Below are positions 23,790-37,475 of a DNA stretch of 64,000 nucleotides, piece by piece (the stretch's first letter is position 1; each line of letters begins with the position of its first letter). The stretch comes from Rhynchobatus australiae. Its lineage: Eukaryota. A program made the position numbers and the translations under genes. The notes beneath the pieces were generated by a model. The model did not search any database. It was given only the letters and a program-made list of their open reading frames with translations, and had not been told where the DNA came from. The DNA is taken from the NCBI GenBank assembly GCA_034780895.1, contig JAUZTB010000118.1, positions 26,058,753 to 26,122,752 of the forward strand, written 5' to 3'.

Positions 23790-24200
23790 GCATTACTCAT
23801 GCCTCAACAGTACCAGGCATTTCCACCAAGAAAGAACGTAAACATCTATACTTGATTTTCATTAGCATTGCAGAGTCAGCCACCATCGACACCCTGGACC
23901 AGAAAGCCCACCAGACTAGCAGGTCAGAGGCTAGGTATCCAGTAGTGAGTAACTTGCCTCCTGACATCCCAAGATCTTTCCACCAATCAAAAAAGCACAA
24001 GGTGGAACACCCTCCATTTGCTTGGATGAGTGAAGCTTCAACAGGCTATCCAGGACAAAGCAGCCCACCTATCTCACTAAAAATTAATTGCCTCCACATC
24101 AGCATACAGCGTACTGTGTACAAATTGTACTGCAATTAGACATCTAGGCTACTTGGATAGCATTTTCCAAACAAGTGACCTTTATCATCAAGGACAAAAA
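23790..24200 (+). mobile_element. old LINE (L2/Crack-like) RT C-terminal remnant
   Basis: KVEHPPFAWMSEAS and tatccaggacaaagcagccc (IQDKAA). Same family as 8825-9037. Confidence 0.5.
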
Positions 24201-25485
24201 CAGCAGTTACCTTGTGCATAAATGTACAAGTCTTTGACAATGTTAAGACAAGTTGAGGAAACTTTAAAAATGCCTTCACAATCCTTAACTTCATAGAGGC
24301 ATGGTGCATGAAAGCAAGAAAGTTATACCAATCCTTTATAATGTACTGGTTAAGTGTCAGTTTGTGTCCAATTTTAGGCACCACATTTTGAGAAGGATGA
24401 TAAGGCCTCAAAGTGCATAGAGGAAATAAGGAGAAATAATTCCCAGTTACAAAAAGGTTGTGCAACCAAAGGGAATAGAAGTATATTAATTTGCATAACA
24501 TCCAGCAGGATAGCCACCTGTCTACATCTAATGAATTGACTTGAAAATAAAAGCATTTTCATTACTCAACTAATGAGCACATGAATGCAAACTCTTCCAG
24601 AGCATCAGTATATAGCTCCTAGTGGTAATGTAACCAGATGATAATGATGCTTTCTGTTTAATAATTTTGTTAACTTTATATATAGTTAATTAGACGTGAC
24701 ATACTCTCATTTTCCATTGAACAGATTGGATCTGAGCCCTAATATTTAACAATTGTAAAGTACAGTTTACAGTGAAGAACATATGGCCCATCTGAAGTGT
24801 TACCTTGACATAAAATTTGATATCTACAAACCAAATTAAATCATTTGAGGTTCTGAAGAAAATTACTAACCACCCATCTGAAAATGTTCATGTCTCTATA
24901 CCACTTCAGTAACCATCTGCATTCCTCAGATGATAGAACTGTTAATCTGGATCAGGAATAATTGCAGGTGATCTTATTATCTACATCTACTCATATAACC
25001 TTGTATGCTGGTCCTAAAGAAGTTCATCTAGCTATAATCCAACCATTGATTCAATTCATATTAACTAATTGTGCTAGGAATCTATTCCATATTTTTGTAT
25101 TCACTATCTGAAAACTGATCAAAGAAATGAGGGGATATCATACTATGATCATTTTTTTTACTGCTTGCTTCATTGTATTGGTTTACATCTGCTTCCCCAC
25201 CATCTCAACACTTATCAAAACAGAAGACACTTATTCCCTGGGGATTTTAGTCAGTTTTGGGTTGTGTACAATCTAAAGATCCATTTGGGGCCCTCATTTA
25301 GGGCTATATTATATGCAATCCTTTTAAATAAATACTTTGAATCTGCAATAGATTACGTTTAGAAAAATTATGTTATTTGTTGTCAACCCTCTTCAATACC
25401 AGGCCTCTCTTGCTTGATTAGAATGATCTAAAATATACAATCTTCATTAATTTTTTACTTTAAGTGGTTGTGTTCTGTCTTCCAG

Positions 25486-25665
25486 GTTATAGTGATCCTT
25501 CAGGAATGTACAATCCAGCAGTTCGCAGTTTGCATAATCTCGCACATTTGTTTCTTAATGGAACTGGTGGACAAACCCACTTGTCCCCAAATGACCCAAT
25601 CTTTGTTTTGTTGCATACATTTACTGATGCAATATTTGATGAGTGGTTGAAGAGAAGCAAAGCAG
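25486..25665 (+). CDS. tyrp1: TYRP1 coding exon 4, metal site B (human exon 6 equivalent)
   Basis: Acceptor tctgtcttccag. GYSDPSG...[42 protein letters not shown]. Donor CAG|gtaaat. 180 nt. Confidence 0.97.
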
Positions 25666-25939
25666 GTAAATAATATAAATCTATTTTAATTGCTATTAAC
25701 TCTGCTTTTTTGTATTTATTTGCTAGTACCTTAAATAGATCTTGAGTATTGTCATAAGATTGTTCTAACCTCAGATCTAATAATCAATGTGGTAACAATA
25801 TTGCATGCTACATGTTGGTCAGCATGCTATTCCTCTTCATGTGCTGCTGCTTCATGTTGCCTCTCACAGGGAAAGGTGCCATCCAGAGCTTCTGTTCACA
25901 CCTTGTGTGACTTTAGAGCTGAACTCCCCATACCCCTGG

Positions 25940-26275
25940 GGTGGCACAATCACTCATCTGGTGAGCTGCTGCATCACAGCACCAAAGATCTGGGTTCAAT
26001 CCTTGCCTTCAGTGTTGTCTGTGTGGGGTTTGTTTTCCCTGTGATCATCTGTATTTTCTCCTACATTCCAAAGATGTGAAATGGTAGTTTACTTGGCCGC
26101 TGAATGGGCCCCTAATGTATTGGTAAGTGGTCAACTCTATGGGGAACTGATGGGAATATGGGGAGAATATAAAGTGGAATTAATGTAAATGGGTGGTGAT
26201 GGTCAGCATGGACCTTTTTTTTGGGGGGGGGGGGAAGTGGGCTGAAGGGTCTGAGTCTGTTGTATTTCTACAAGA
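25940..26275 (+). mobile_element. degenerate V-SINE in tyrp1 intron 4
   Basis: B box gggttcaatcc, gtctgtgtggggtttg..ctcctacattccaaagatgtg, and tail tgggctgaagggtctg. Confidence 0.65.
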
Positions 26276-26767
26276 CTCTATTTCATGGGGACTGTCAGAA
26301 AGGCTGGACAGTGCCCCAAGCTTCTCTAGGTACCTATTCATCAGTCTGTTTACCAGCTGTCCCAGCTTGGTCCTCTAGAACAAGAACTAGTGTGATAATT
26401 TGCCCACTGCTACGTTATCTGGGGAAGGATCGCTGACCTGAAATATAGATTGATTTCTCTTTCTACAGGTTCTTCTTGACTGGCTGAAATCTTCCTATTT
26501 TATTTTTTGTTTTGCCTCCTCTGTTTTTTGTCTCTGGTATGCTAGCTAGTCTATCCCCCACCCTGGTCTGGTTGCAGTCCTCTCACCCAGTTGAATTTCT
26601 CATTAATTTTATTTAGCCTTTCATCTAGACCTGTCTTACTTTGTACAAAATATGAATAATTTCCAACCCATCCAGCACCACACCAAGAAATAATCAGAAG
26701 CAGATGCTGCCTCTAAACTACCTTCAACACAGCACCATCTTGGTGCAGTTTTCTATACACCATTAAA

Positions 26768-27285
26768 TTTAGAACATGGGACGTGGAACAGTACAGCACA
26801 GGAACAAGGCCTTCCACCCACAATGTCTGTGCCAAACACAATGTTAGATTTAACTAAATCTCTTCTGCCTGCATGTAATCCATGTTTCTCCATTCCCTGC
26901 ATATTCATCTGTTTAAACACCTCTTGCACATCACTGCTGTATCTGCTCTCACCACAGCCCCAGCAACCCATTCGGGCATCTAGCCCTCTATGTAAAAATA
27001 AAAACTTGCCCCACACATCTCCTTTCAACTTTCCACCTCTCACCAATGCATGTCCTCCTATTATTTAACATTTCTACCCTGGGGAAGAAAGATTCTGTCT
27101 GCCCTATCTATGGGTCTCGTAACCTTTATAAACTTCTCAAGTCTCCCCTCAGCCTTCTACATTCCAGAGAAATCAACCCAAGTTTGTCCAACCTCTTATA
27201 ACTAATACAACTCTCATCCAGGTAGCATCCTGATAAACCTCTTCTGTAGCTTTTTTTCCAAAGCCTCCAATTCTTCCTTTAATTT
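26768..27285 (-). mobile_element. CR1-like LINE 3' fragment
   Basis: Reverse VRGGKLKGDVWGKF. agtctcccctcagcctt..ccagagaaatcaacccaagtttgtccaacctct. Confidence 0.85.
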
Positions 27286-27419
27286 CTAGACCCTTGGGCT
27301 TTAACTCATTGTGCATTTCCAACATGTTTATTTAATTTTTTAGCATCAGAGCAATAAATTGGTGTCGCTCATTATTTAGCTTCTTGAGTTGATTAAAATT
27401 ACATTCTTTCTCTTTGCAG

Positions 27420-27566
27420 ATTTATCCATCTTTCCAGTTGAAAATGCTCCTATCGGCCATAACAGAGCATACAATATGGTTCCATTCTGGCCTCCCATTA
27501 CTAATGTAGAAATGTTTGTGACAGCAGCTGAAAACCTTGGCTACAGCTACGAAGTTGAATGGCCAA
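27420..27566 (+). CDS. tyrp1: TYRP1 coding exon 5 (human exon 7 equivalent)
   Basis: Acceptor ctttctctttgcag. [49 protein letters not shown]. Donor CAA|gtaaga. 147 nt. Confidence 0.97.
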
Positions 27567-29147
27567 GTAAGATGATTATAAAATCATTAACCAATCTGCT
27601 TACCCCCAGTTGTGGGGTGATGGAAAAATCTTAAGCATCCAGTTCACAAAAATTCTAATAGTTTGTTCAGTTTTTAATCAGGCCTAATCTTTAAAATAAC
27701 TGATGATCAGTGTCTATGCCTGGAGTGGTTTACTTGAAAGGTTTCTTTATTTTAAAGAAAACATTGTTTGCTTTTTTTAACCATTTGGTGTATTTTCTTG
27801 TAAAAGTCCAGAATCTAAGAAACCAATATGATTAACTCAGTGTAAGGAAATTCACTGATTTATATCAATGTCTTGAGATGGCTATCCAGTTTAGGCTTTG
27901 TCTCAAAAGAATGAAGACAATAAGGAAGGTAATTATTTGTAGAGAAATTTTCAAATTGTTTTCCATTTTGGGTTGATTTCTAACTGAAAAGGTCAAATGA
28001 ATTTTATTTTCCTTTTGTATAGTAACATAGCATCCCCTACTGAGAAATAAATTAAGCATTATTCACCCATTGATGAACTGACCAAGCAAGCTGCCCAAAC
28101 TCCTTGACCAATGGAAACACAATATGCCCAAGTGTATATATGTGCAATAATTAAGTATAGTAACTTTGCTCACTATGCTCCATGAAGTAATTCCATCAGG
28201 GTGCATTTGTCTCTTCCTTTAATACCAGTGTATATTAGTGCGTTGAGCCAACATTCACTCTGGATTGATGTTTATTTGNNNNNNNNNNNNNNNNNNNNNN
28301 NNNNNNNNNNNNNNNNNNNNNNNNNNNNNNNNNTAAGAATGATAACCAATGTTGAATAGGCTTGTATTAAGCAATTTCTTCTCTCAGTAAAAACAATTCA
28401 AATAGTCTTCTTCCCACAACTCCAAGAATATGTTAAATGGTGAAACATTACTAACTGTCATCTTAAAACCTCCATATAAGTATGTATTTAATGCCAAGTA
28501 ACATATGGAAGAAAAACTGAGTGGGTAATGTGCTATCAGGACCAGTAAGTTCCGGTGACTTACCAATTACAATGTGACCTTGCCACCTACAATAAAACTC
28601 TAATCCAGAATGCCCAGGACCTTGGTGTTTCTGGGCTGGCAGATTTTCCAGAATATTAGATATTATTCCTATTAATATCCTAACACTAATACACTTTTTT
28701 AGATAATACACAATACTATAATAGATTTTCCAGTGAAGTTGGCCAGTTGAAAAGAAGAACACCAACCAGTGAGTTGAAAAAGAATGCAGAAATCGCGGCT
28801 CCCCATCAAGGGAAATGGGACGTGGGAACCAGGGCCTCAAAGCTGAAAGGGAGCAAGGGAACCAGGAACCCAATAAGTGGAAAGAACGTGGTAAACAACA
28901 CCCAGTGAGCCAGAAGCTGAACCTTCAGTATTTCTGAACAATCAGATGGGTGATTATTAAAGTATAATTGTACATGAATCATGGCAATTCAAATTATCAT
29001 AAATAATGAAGCAGCATTTGTACTGAATCAGTTCCACACTGAAGCTTATTTATTTATGCTGTACTATTGAATAATGGCTATAGTTTCAGAGCTGAATATG
29101 TTGCATTTGGACTTGTTTTAACTCTGTCTTTGACTTGTCTTCTGCAG

Positions 29148-29356
29148 ACCAGTCTCTCTCATTGTTGGAGATGATTACGGTGGGGATTCTGGCTGCTCTG
29201 GTACTGATAGCAGTAGTTTATACCATCTCCACCATAGTTTTACGCAGGAGGAGGAGGAAACTGGCTGCCAGTGAACTGAATGAACCTCTCTTAGATACTC
29301 CACATCAGTGCTACTCAGATTATAATGAATCAACCGTACTCCAAAATGTCTCGTAA
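29148..29356 (+). CDS. tyrp1: TYRP1 last coding exon: transmembrane helix and cytoplasmic tail
   Basis: Acceptor ttgtcttctgcag. Hydrophobic ITVGILAALVLIAVVYTISTIVL, then RRRRRK stop-transfer, dileucine sorting signal ELNEPLL, and TAA ending at 29356. Confidence 0.93.
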
Positions 29357-29655
29357 TCAGCTATTTGACTGTACCTTATTATTCATATTTTTGAACCAGA
29401 CTAATGACATGCTGCTAGAAAAAACAGTGGCTTCCTGTTCATAGATCGAACAAGATGTTATCCATGGAACTTGTATGCTACCCTTGATTAGTGAAATAAT
29501 CCACCCAATATTGTTCTGAAAATTGTTTGCACTGCCTTATAGTAGCCATCATACCTTGCAATAAATTTTTAATATTGAGGAACGTTGGAGATAATTTGTA
29601 AACCTTGATTAGCTAAATCATAAAGATAACATTTATGCTAAAGTAAATTCTCTTT

Positions 29656-29661
29656 AATAAA
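29656..29661 (+). terminator. candidate tyrp1 polyadenylation signal
   Basis: AATAAA 300 nt after the stop, followed by GT-rich tggtggtggttagtg. An alternative AATAAA lies at 29560-29565. Confidence 0.5.
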
Positions 29662-29819
29662 CTGCATTAATGGCCTGGTGGTGGTTAGTGCAATGATGTG
29701 ATCATTGTGCAAAAATGTTATTCTGAGTCAAAGTGAATGAGATCATGAGATTCAAAATTGAGCCAATGGTTCATCTACATCTGGACCTATTGCAAGCTCT
29801 GCTTGTTTAAAAACAGAAA

Positions 29820-31060
29820 ATAGCAGGATTGGACCATTCAGTCTTTTAAGCCTACTTGCCAGTCAATATGATCATTGCTGATCATCCAACTCAATACCAA
29901 TTCCCACTCTCTCCCCATACCCTGTGGTGCCTTTTGCTTCCAGAAATTGATCCATCTCCTCCCCAAACATGTTAAGCAATTTTGCCTCTACAGATCTGTT
30001 TGATAGTAAGTTTCACGGATTCATCACCATCTGCCTTAAGATATTTAGGACTGACATGAGAAGAAATGTCTCACCATGTCATTATTCTGAGACCGTGATC
30101 CTTCAGAGATACCCCAGCAAAGGGAAGCATCCTCTTTGTGAGTAGTAAATCTAGACCTATCAGAATTTTGTAAGTTTCAATGAAATTGCATCTCATTTTT
30201 ATAAGCTCTAGGAAATACAAATGTAGGTTGACTTAATTGCCCTTTATAGTGTAATATTGCTGTCCCAGGAAGCAGTCTGGTCAACCTTTGCTGAATGCTC
30301 TCTATGGCAACTATCACCCTTCTTGGGTGATACTAGGCTGCACACAATACAGGCAACTATTACATTACGGGAGATTGTGTTCCTAGAAAACTGTCCCTAT
30401 CATGATTTCCTATGATGCAAAGCCAGACCATCTGCACATGTCAAGAAATGCAAGTTGAACAAATAAACACATTTTTTGACATAAATTTTGTGGAAGTGAA
30501 TTCTTATTCTGTATTTCAGATTTTTTTGAGGGATTTGTAAATTTTTTAACGGTGAATTTCAATTACCTGAACCAGTGTAACATGGGGTTTGCCTGTACAC
30601 CAATTGTGGTCTCACCTCTGCTTTGTTTAATTGTTTTAGGATATCCTTGCTCCTGTCAATAAGTACTCCTGCTCTGAAGGTCAACATACCATTTGTCATC
30701 TTAACCTCTTGTTGCACCTACGTCTTTGCTTTCCTTGACTGGTGTACAAGGGCACCCAAGTATCTTTGTACATCAATCCTTCCCAACATAAAACCATTTA
30801 AATAATATACTGAGTTTCTGTTTCTTGTGCCAAGATGGATAACCTCACATTTATCCACTTCATACTACATCTGCTTTTTTTTTTAACCACTCAGTCTAAC
30901 TTTTCATGAAGTGACTTTGTATCCTTCTCCCAATTCACAATCAGTTTAATATAATTGACTAACTTCAAAATATCATTTGGTTCCTTCATTCAGATCAATC
31001 ATCTATATTATGAATAGCTGATGCCCAAGTACTGATCCCTGCAGTGACCTGTTTAAACCC
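29820..31060 (-). mobile_element. old CR1-like LINE remnant with a nested MITE
   Basis: ctgcacacaata|..|caccaattgtggtctcacc rejoins to the CR1 motif once the MITE is removed. Also gatggataacctcacatttatccac and cccaagtactgatccctgc. Confidence 0.65.
30350..30595 (+). mobile_element. Tc1/mariner (Tigger-like) MITE
   Basis: TA|CAGGCAAC...GGGGTTTGCCTG|TA terminal inverted repeats with TA target duplication. Confidence 0.75.
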
Positions 31061-32366
31061 ACTCTGTACACCATGGAGCAAAGAAGATTGAAAGCTGATT
31101 TCATAGAGATGTACAAGATCATGCTGATTTAATTGGGAGTAAATAGAGGAGAGCTGTTCCCATTAGCAAATGGTTCAAGGATCAATGGGTACATTGAAAA
31201 ATTTTGGGCAAAGGATGTGAGGAAAATATTTCATTACTCTGAAAAATAATGATCTGGAACTTGATGCCTGTAGGGGTGGGAGAAACAGAATCAACCAGTG
31301 CCTATAAAAGGGAATTGGATAGACTTGAGAGAAAATAGTTTATAAAGCTACGGGGAGGGAGCAGGGAAAAGGATTCTGCCGGGATTGTTCGATTAAGAGC
31401 CAGCATTGAATCAATAGACTGAATTGCCTCCTTTTGTGTCTTAGCAATCTTCTGATTATATTCTGTGATTCTGTAAATGTACTAAACAGTATATGACACT
31501 TAAAAATGTTGATTACCAGTTTCTCTGACAGCAATGATAAGTTAGCTATCCATTTCAAGGAACGCCACTGACAATTAACATTCTTAATCTGTTACATAAG
31601 CAACCATTGTCACATCAAGTTTTTTGGCTACTTTGAGCATCTGCCTTGGTGTGGGCCCTAATTCTAGAACAGGAATCAGAGCATTATTCACAGAGCTATT
31701 GCTCGATGATCTCTGAGAAAAATAAAAAAATTTGGAAGTTGACACATTCTTTCTATATTTAAAAAAAGATTTTCATATTATCCCAGGTAAACACTGAGAG
31801 GTAACTGCAGCATTTTATTTGGCTTGGGTTAGCTGTCAATCTTGCAACAAGCCTTATTACTTTCCCAAAGGTTAGTTCCATTTGCTCCTCACTAACTTCA
31901 GATGAAAGGTCTCAACCCAAAACAGCAACTGTCCATTTTCCTTTGACAGATGCTGCCTGACCTGCTGAGTTTTTCCAGTAGTTCATTTTTTGTTCACCAT
32001 GTCCTTTGAATTGCTTTCCTGTCATGGCACAGTAACATCTTCCATCCTTTGGATGTGAAATCTGCACCTGGTTATGAAAATCTCTATCAAATCCATAATG
32101 CCAGCATCTCACATCCCTCCACATAACTGAATTCCTTCATCCCTGATACAATTCCAATATTACCCCCTTCTGCACTCTTCCAAAGGTTTTAACACCTTTC
32201 CCAAATTGTGAAAGCCCGTTGTGAACACCGTGCACCAGCAGAAGTTTCACGTGTTTCATACCTTTGCTTCTGTGTTCTGTGAAATAACTCAAAGATCCCA
32301 GATGCTTTTCTAACAGACTGCTCTAGTTGCCTTGGGAGGTTCAAACTTGCACTACTTTTAAGTTTG

Positions 32367-32603
32367 CAGGTGACCCCAGCATTCCACCAGTAATGGAGAT
32401 TCCCCCTTACAGAATTCACAAATCATTACCAAAAATCTGAGATACAGAATAATAATTAGCTCTTATGAAATTCTGTGAAAGAAAAACTATTTTTCAACCT
32501 GCATTCCTTGACATGGGCAGATGATGCAGCTTTGTATTACGGAAAATTGTGATACGGACTATTTTCTAAGAATGCAAACCCCCTGTAATGCAGGGGTTGC
32601 CTG
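32367..32603 (-). mobile_element. second, inverted copy of the 30350 MITE family
   Basis: The reverse complement begins CAGGCAACCCCTGCATTAC..TTCTTAGAAAATAGTCCGTATCA, colinear with 30350. Internal aaaatctgagatacagaataa is shared. Confidence 0.7.
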
Positions 32604-33554
32604 TATTTGATTTACAATGTCTTTCATCGCTCTTTTTGCAAAACGGCCTGATTCTGTCCGAAATCGAATGGGCGATGGATTTTTCTGTGATTTTACAAAC
32701 TGAGCCCCTCAACCACACAAAATAAGGCAACTGACACAAGAGTTGAAGGAACTCTCTTCACTGAGAGCTTCTTAGCATCTGAGGGTTTACGCTTGTACTT
32801 AAATTAGAAGAGAATTAAGAGTACCAACCTCCTGATGGTTTGAAGTGGGCTGCATTGAAGGTGGAGGAGCCATGCAAAGAAAAGAAGCCAATTGGATTCT
32901 ATTCAAGTTTTTGAGTCTTTCAATGATAGGGTAGGGAGAATAACATCCCGCACCATGGAAGGCTTGCAAATGTAAACTCATCCCCACCTGTCAGTAGCTT
33001 GTTTCCTTGGCAGGCAAGGCATCAGTGTTACTGTCAGAGCCACATCCCATTTCTGAGACAATACTTACTTTCAAGGTGGATACTGGGAAGTAAATCTATT
33101 ATTTGGTCACTAGATGGTGCAGCTGACCAAGAACTAGTTGCTGTACCACTGGAAAAGATGAACTTTAACATACTTCAATTATTAAGGAGACAATTTTAGT
33201 GACATTAATGTTACACACAGTTTGACAAGAAAAATATTTAACACTGAGTGACTAATGAAACAAAGCAAGACCAATTTCATACTTGTGGAGTTGAACTTCA
33301 AATTTGAGCAGGGCCAAGAGTTTCACTCTTTTAGATGGTAATTATATCAGAATGGTTCCCAGAAGTCCAACACTGAAGCATTTTGAATACATATGAAGAC
33401 TATATATCCTATAAAATGCCCCAGCTTCTCTTGTTATAAATCGAGAATGTGTGTTACTCTTCTCCCATCTTTAGAATTGCTGTCGCCTAATCTATTGTAA
33501 CTACAATCCAAACATTGTAGTTGCCTCTTTTTTTTCACCTAACCCTCAAAATCC

Positions 33555-36500
33555 ATAGTCATGCAGCACATAGACAGGTCCTTTGACCTATCATGTCTCT
33601 GCTGACCATCAACTACCTACACTGATCCCATATACCAACACTTGGTCCCTAACCTTCCATGGATTGGCAATTCATGGGCTCACATAGATACCTCTTAAAT
33701 GCTGGGAGAGTACCTGCCTTCACCACCCAGTTCCAGATTCCAAACATCCTCTGGGTGAAAGCATCCTCCCTCAAATCCCTTCTAAACTTCCTATCCCTTA
33801 TCCAGACTATACCCCCTAGTTTTAAACACCTCTGCTACAGGAAAAGTTTCCTACAATCTATCTGTGTCGCTCTGATTTAGTATACTTCTATCAGATCTCT
33901 CCTCAGCTCCAAAGAAAACAAACCCAGCCTATCCAGTCTCTCCTCACAACTGAAATGTTCCATCCCAGTCAATGTCCTAGTGATTCTCCTCTGCACCCCG
34001 TCCAGTACAATTACATCCTTCCTATAATGTTGAAACCAGAAACGTACACAGTACTCCAATTGTGGCCTAATCAACATTTATTTAAAACTGTACTATATTC
34101 TCTCTGCTCTTATATTCTATCCCTGGCTAAGGCAAGTATCCCATATGCCTTTTTCACCAGTTCATCTAGATGTCCTGCCACCTTCAGGGATGCTTTGTCT
34201 TGTAAACTGAGGTCCCTTTGTTCCTTGATACTCCCTAAGGCCCTACCAGTCATTGCGCATGCCCTACCTTTATTAGTCTTTGCAAAGTGCAGTACCTTGC
34301 ACTCATCAGAATTGAATTCCATCTGTCACTGCTATGCCCGCTTTACTAACTGATCAATATCATTTTTCAACCTGTCTATCCTCCTCACTGTCAACAATAC
34401 TATCTGCAAATTTACCAAGCATAAGTCCCACATTCATACTAAAATTTTAATGCATAAAACAAAAAATAAAGATTCCAGCATTGATCCCTGGTTACAGGCT
34501 TCCGAATCACAAAAAAAAACCCTGTACCATCACCCTCTAATTCCTATCATCACTAATTTTAGATCCAACTTGCTCTAAATCCCTTGTGTTTGAACCTTTT
34601 CAACCAGTCTTGCATGTGGTACTTCTCAAAGGCCTTTTTAAAGTCCATATTAATTATATGAACCACACTGCACTCATCAATACATTTGTTACCTCTTCAA
34701 AAGATTCAGATCGGTCAGACAGGATCTCTCCCTGACAAAACCATGCTATCTTTGATGAATCTCTGCCTTCTCCAAGTGCAGATTAATCCTGTTCTTCAGA
34801 ACTTTTTCCAGTAACTCCCCTCCCACAACGTTAGCTCATAGACCTGTACTACCTGCCTTATCCTTCTGCCCTTCTTGAATAAGGGTACCACATCTACCAT
34901 CCTCCAGTCATCTGGCACCTCACCTGTGATCAGTTAAGATTTGAAAATCTTGGTCAAGGCACCAGCGATCATTTTCCTTGACTCCCATAGCAGCCTGATA
35001 GACATCTCGTCAGGCCCCGAGGATGTTACGACCTTTAATCCTGCTAAGACACCTAATGCCTCTTTTTTAATGATAAAGTGTTCTAAAATTTCACTGACCC
35101 CTCCCTGAATTCTCCAACTACAAAGTCATTCTCCTCGGTGAATACAGATGAGAAGTATTCATTTAAGACATCACCTATGTTCTCTGGCTCCAAGCACTGA
35201 TTGCCATTTTGGTCCCTAATGGACCCTAATCTTTCTCTGGTTACCCTCTTGCCTTTATATACTTCTAATATGTTTGGGGACTTGGCTTAATGTTGCTTGT
35301 CAGTGATATTTCTTGCCCCCTCTTTGCCCTGCTAATTTCTTTTTTAAGTACCCGCCCTCCCCCTTTCACTTTCTATATTCCTGAAGGGCCTCCTTTGTTT
35401 TCAGTTCTCTACACTTACCATAGGCTTCCTTTTTTTAATCCAACCATCAATAACCCTTGACATCCAGGGTTCCTTGGTCTTGCTGTCCATACTTTTTACC
35501 CTTATGTTGGCCCTGAACTTTCATTATTTCACTTTTGAATGACTCCCGCTTACCTGATGCTGACCCATCTCTCTCCCTGGTGAATACAATGAGAAGTATT
35601 CATTTAAGGCCNNNNNNNNNNNNNNNNNNNNNNNNNNNNNNNNNNNNNNNNNNNNNNNNNNNNNNNNNNNNNNNNNNNNNNNNNNNNNNNNNNNNNNNNN
35701 NNNNNNNNNNNNNNNNNNNNNNNNNNNNNNNNNNNNNNNNNNNNNNNNNNNNNNNNNNNNNNNNNNNNNNNNNNNNNNNNNNNNNNNNNNNNNNNNNNNN
35801 NNNNNNNNNNNNNNNNNNNNNNNNNNNNNNNNNNNNNNNNNNNNNNNNNNNNNNNNNNNNNNNNNNNNNNNNNNNNNNNNNNNNNNNNNNNNNNNNNNNN
35901 NNNNNNNNNNNNNNNNNNNNNNNNNNNNNNNNNNNNNNNNNNNNNNNNNNNNNNNNNNNNNNNNNNNNNNNNNNNNNNNNNNNNCCCTGAAACTTCTAGA
36001 GTTGGAATCAGAATCAGAATCAGGTTTATTATCACTTACATATGTTGTGAAATTTGTTGTTTTCTGACTACATTATCTCCAAAATGCTCTTCACTGACAC
36101 TTCAACCACTTAAATCTATATTCTCTATGATTAGGTCCTGTACTGCTCCTGCACCAGAAGGACTATTTACACACCGGCTCAAAAAAACTTCCTGAATGCA
36201 TTTTAAAAATTCCAACCCCTTTATGCCTTTCACAGTAAAGTGGCACTAGTTAATATTGGGGAGGTTGAAATCCCCTGCTACTGTTACCCTATCACTCTCA
36301 CATGCAATTTGTCTACATATCTGTTCCTTTATCTCCTGCTGACTGTTAGTATATCTGTAGTAGGCTCTCAGCAGAGTGATCGTTCTTTTTTTCCTAAGTT
36401 CTATTCAACTGGTCTCATTTGAAGACACTTCAAGAACTTCTTCATTACCACAATACAAGATTCCTTAATCACATTTCAATGCCACCTCCTCTTTTATACC

Positions 36501-36670
36501 CTCCTTCATATCATGCCTGTAGATTCTATACCTTGGAATGATGAGTTGCAGTCTTGTTCTTCCTTCAACAATATCACATTCCCATGCACTGATCTATGTT
36601 CTAAATTCAACCACCTTACTAGTTAAATTACTTGCATTAAACTAGATGCAATTTAGTCTTGCATTCCTCC
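33555..36670 (-). mobile_element. long CR1-like LINE remnant covering most of ORF2 (APE to RT to 3' tail)
   Basis: Reverse: FNASNLTSKVVEFR (36600-36650), GDFN (near 36265), [48 protein letters not shown]. Many stops and one internal gap. Confidence 0.85.
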
Positions 36671-37475
36671 CAGGTGCTTTATCATGTCCATGTCATTTGA
36701 AGCACATGATTACTGTAATGTTGCAATGAATGGAACAAAGAGTCACCCATGGGATGATTAATGATAGGCAATCTGAACAAGCAGGATTTCTGTCCTGGAT
36801 ATTTCTTCTGAATTGAAGATATGTTTACTTCTGATGTGCTAACCTGGGCAAGGACACAATTCCCCTTTGGAACAAATTTAAAGCAGCATTATCCTATGCA
36901 CACAGGATTGCTAATAGTTTGTGAGAGTTTCATACTGTGATTCATAACAAGAATTAATGAATTTATATTAGATGGCTCTTACCTCTTAGTGAGCCACCAT
37001 TAATAATTACAAAAGGGGACACTGATATCTTGAAATTCTTGGGCATATGAAGCAGAATAGGTCCTTACCTGCCTTTGTTCTTCATCCACAGCTTGATGGG
37101 CATTAAAGACAATTATAGGGTGCTAAATAGCACAGCTGAAATGACGCTAGCCAGTTAAGACATGGGTTCAAATTTACCACCTTTCAGCTTTAACTCTGGG
37201 TCAGATGGTCATTCTCATTTTTCCAATAAACCATAGGACTACTTTTCTATCTCTCCTCCAAAGAGCTGCTTCATGCTTGATTGCTTTAGAACACAACCAC
37301 CAGCATATTTTCTGGGGATATGCTGGATTTTATCTGATGGATTGCATGATATTTTCCTGTTGATATTGTTACTCTGTTTCTGCAGACCACTGCTGAGTGT
37401 ATGTAGATGAAAACATTGGGATCAAGACTTCTCCTTAATAGTAAGGTAAATAGGCTTAATAGATGGTAAATAGTA

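Larger units (their letters stand above)
11790..29680 (+). other. tyrp1: tyrp1 gene span (inferred TSS to likely poly(A) site), 6 coding exons, 529 aa
   Basis: Exons join in frame: 681+205+168+180+147+209 = 1590 nt. All five introns are GT..AG. The four internal exons (205, 168, 180, 147 nt) match the sizes I recall for human TYRP1 exons 4-7. The metal site B motif LLHTF and adjacency to lurap1l distinguish it from tyr and dct. The ends are inferred. Confidence 0.95.

Noticed and set aside
12017-29356. Assignment as tyrosinase or dct, or as a retrocopy or bacterial contaminant
   Set aside because: The LLHTF site B motif, exon sizes and lurap1l synteny fit tyrp1. The GC-rich exon ends in a correct donor in phase with the next exon.
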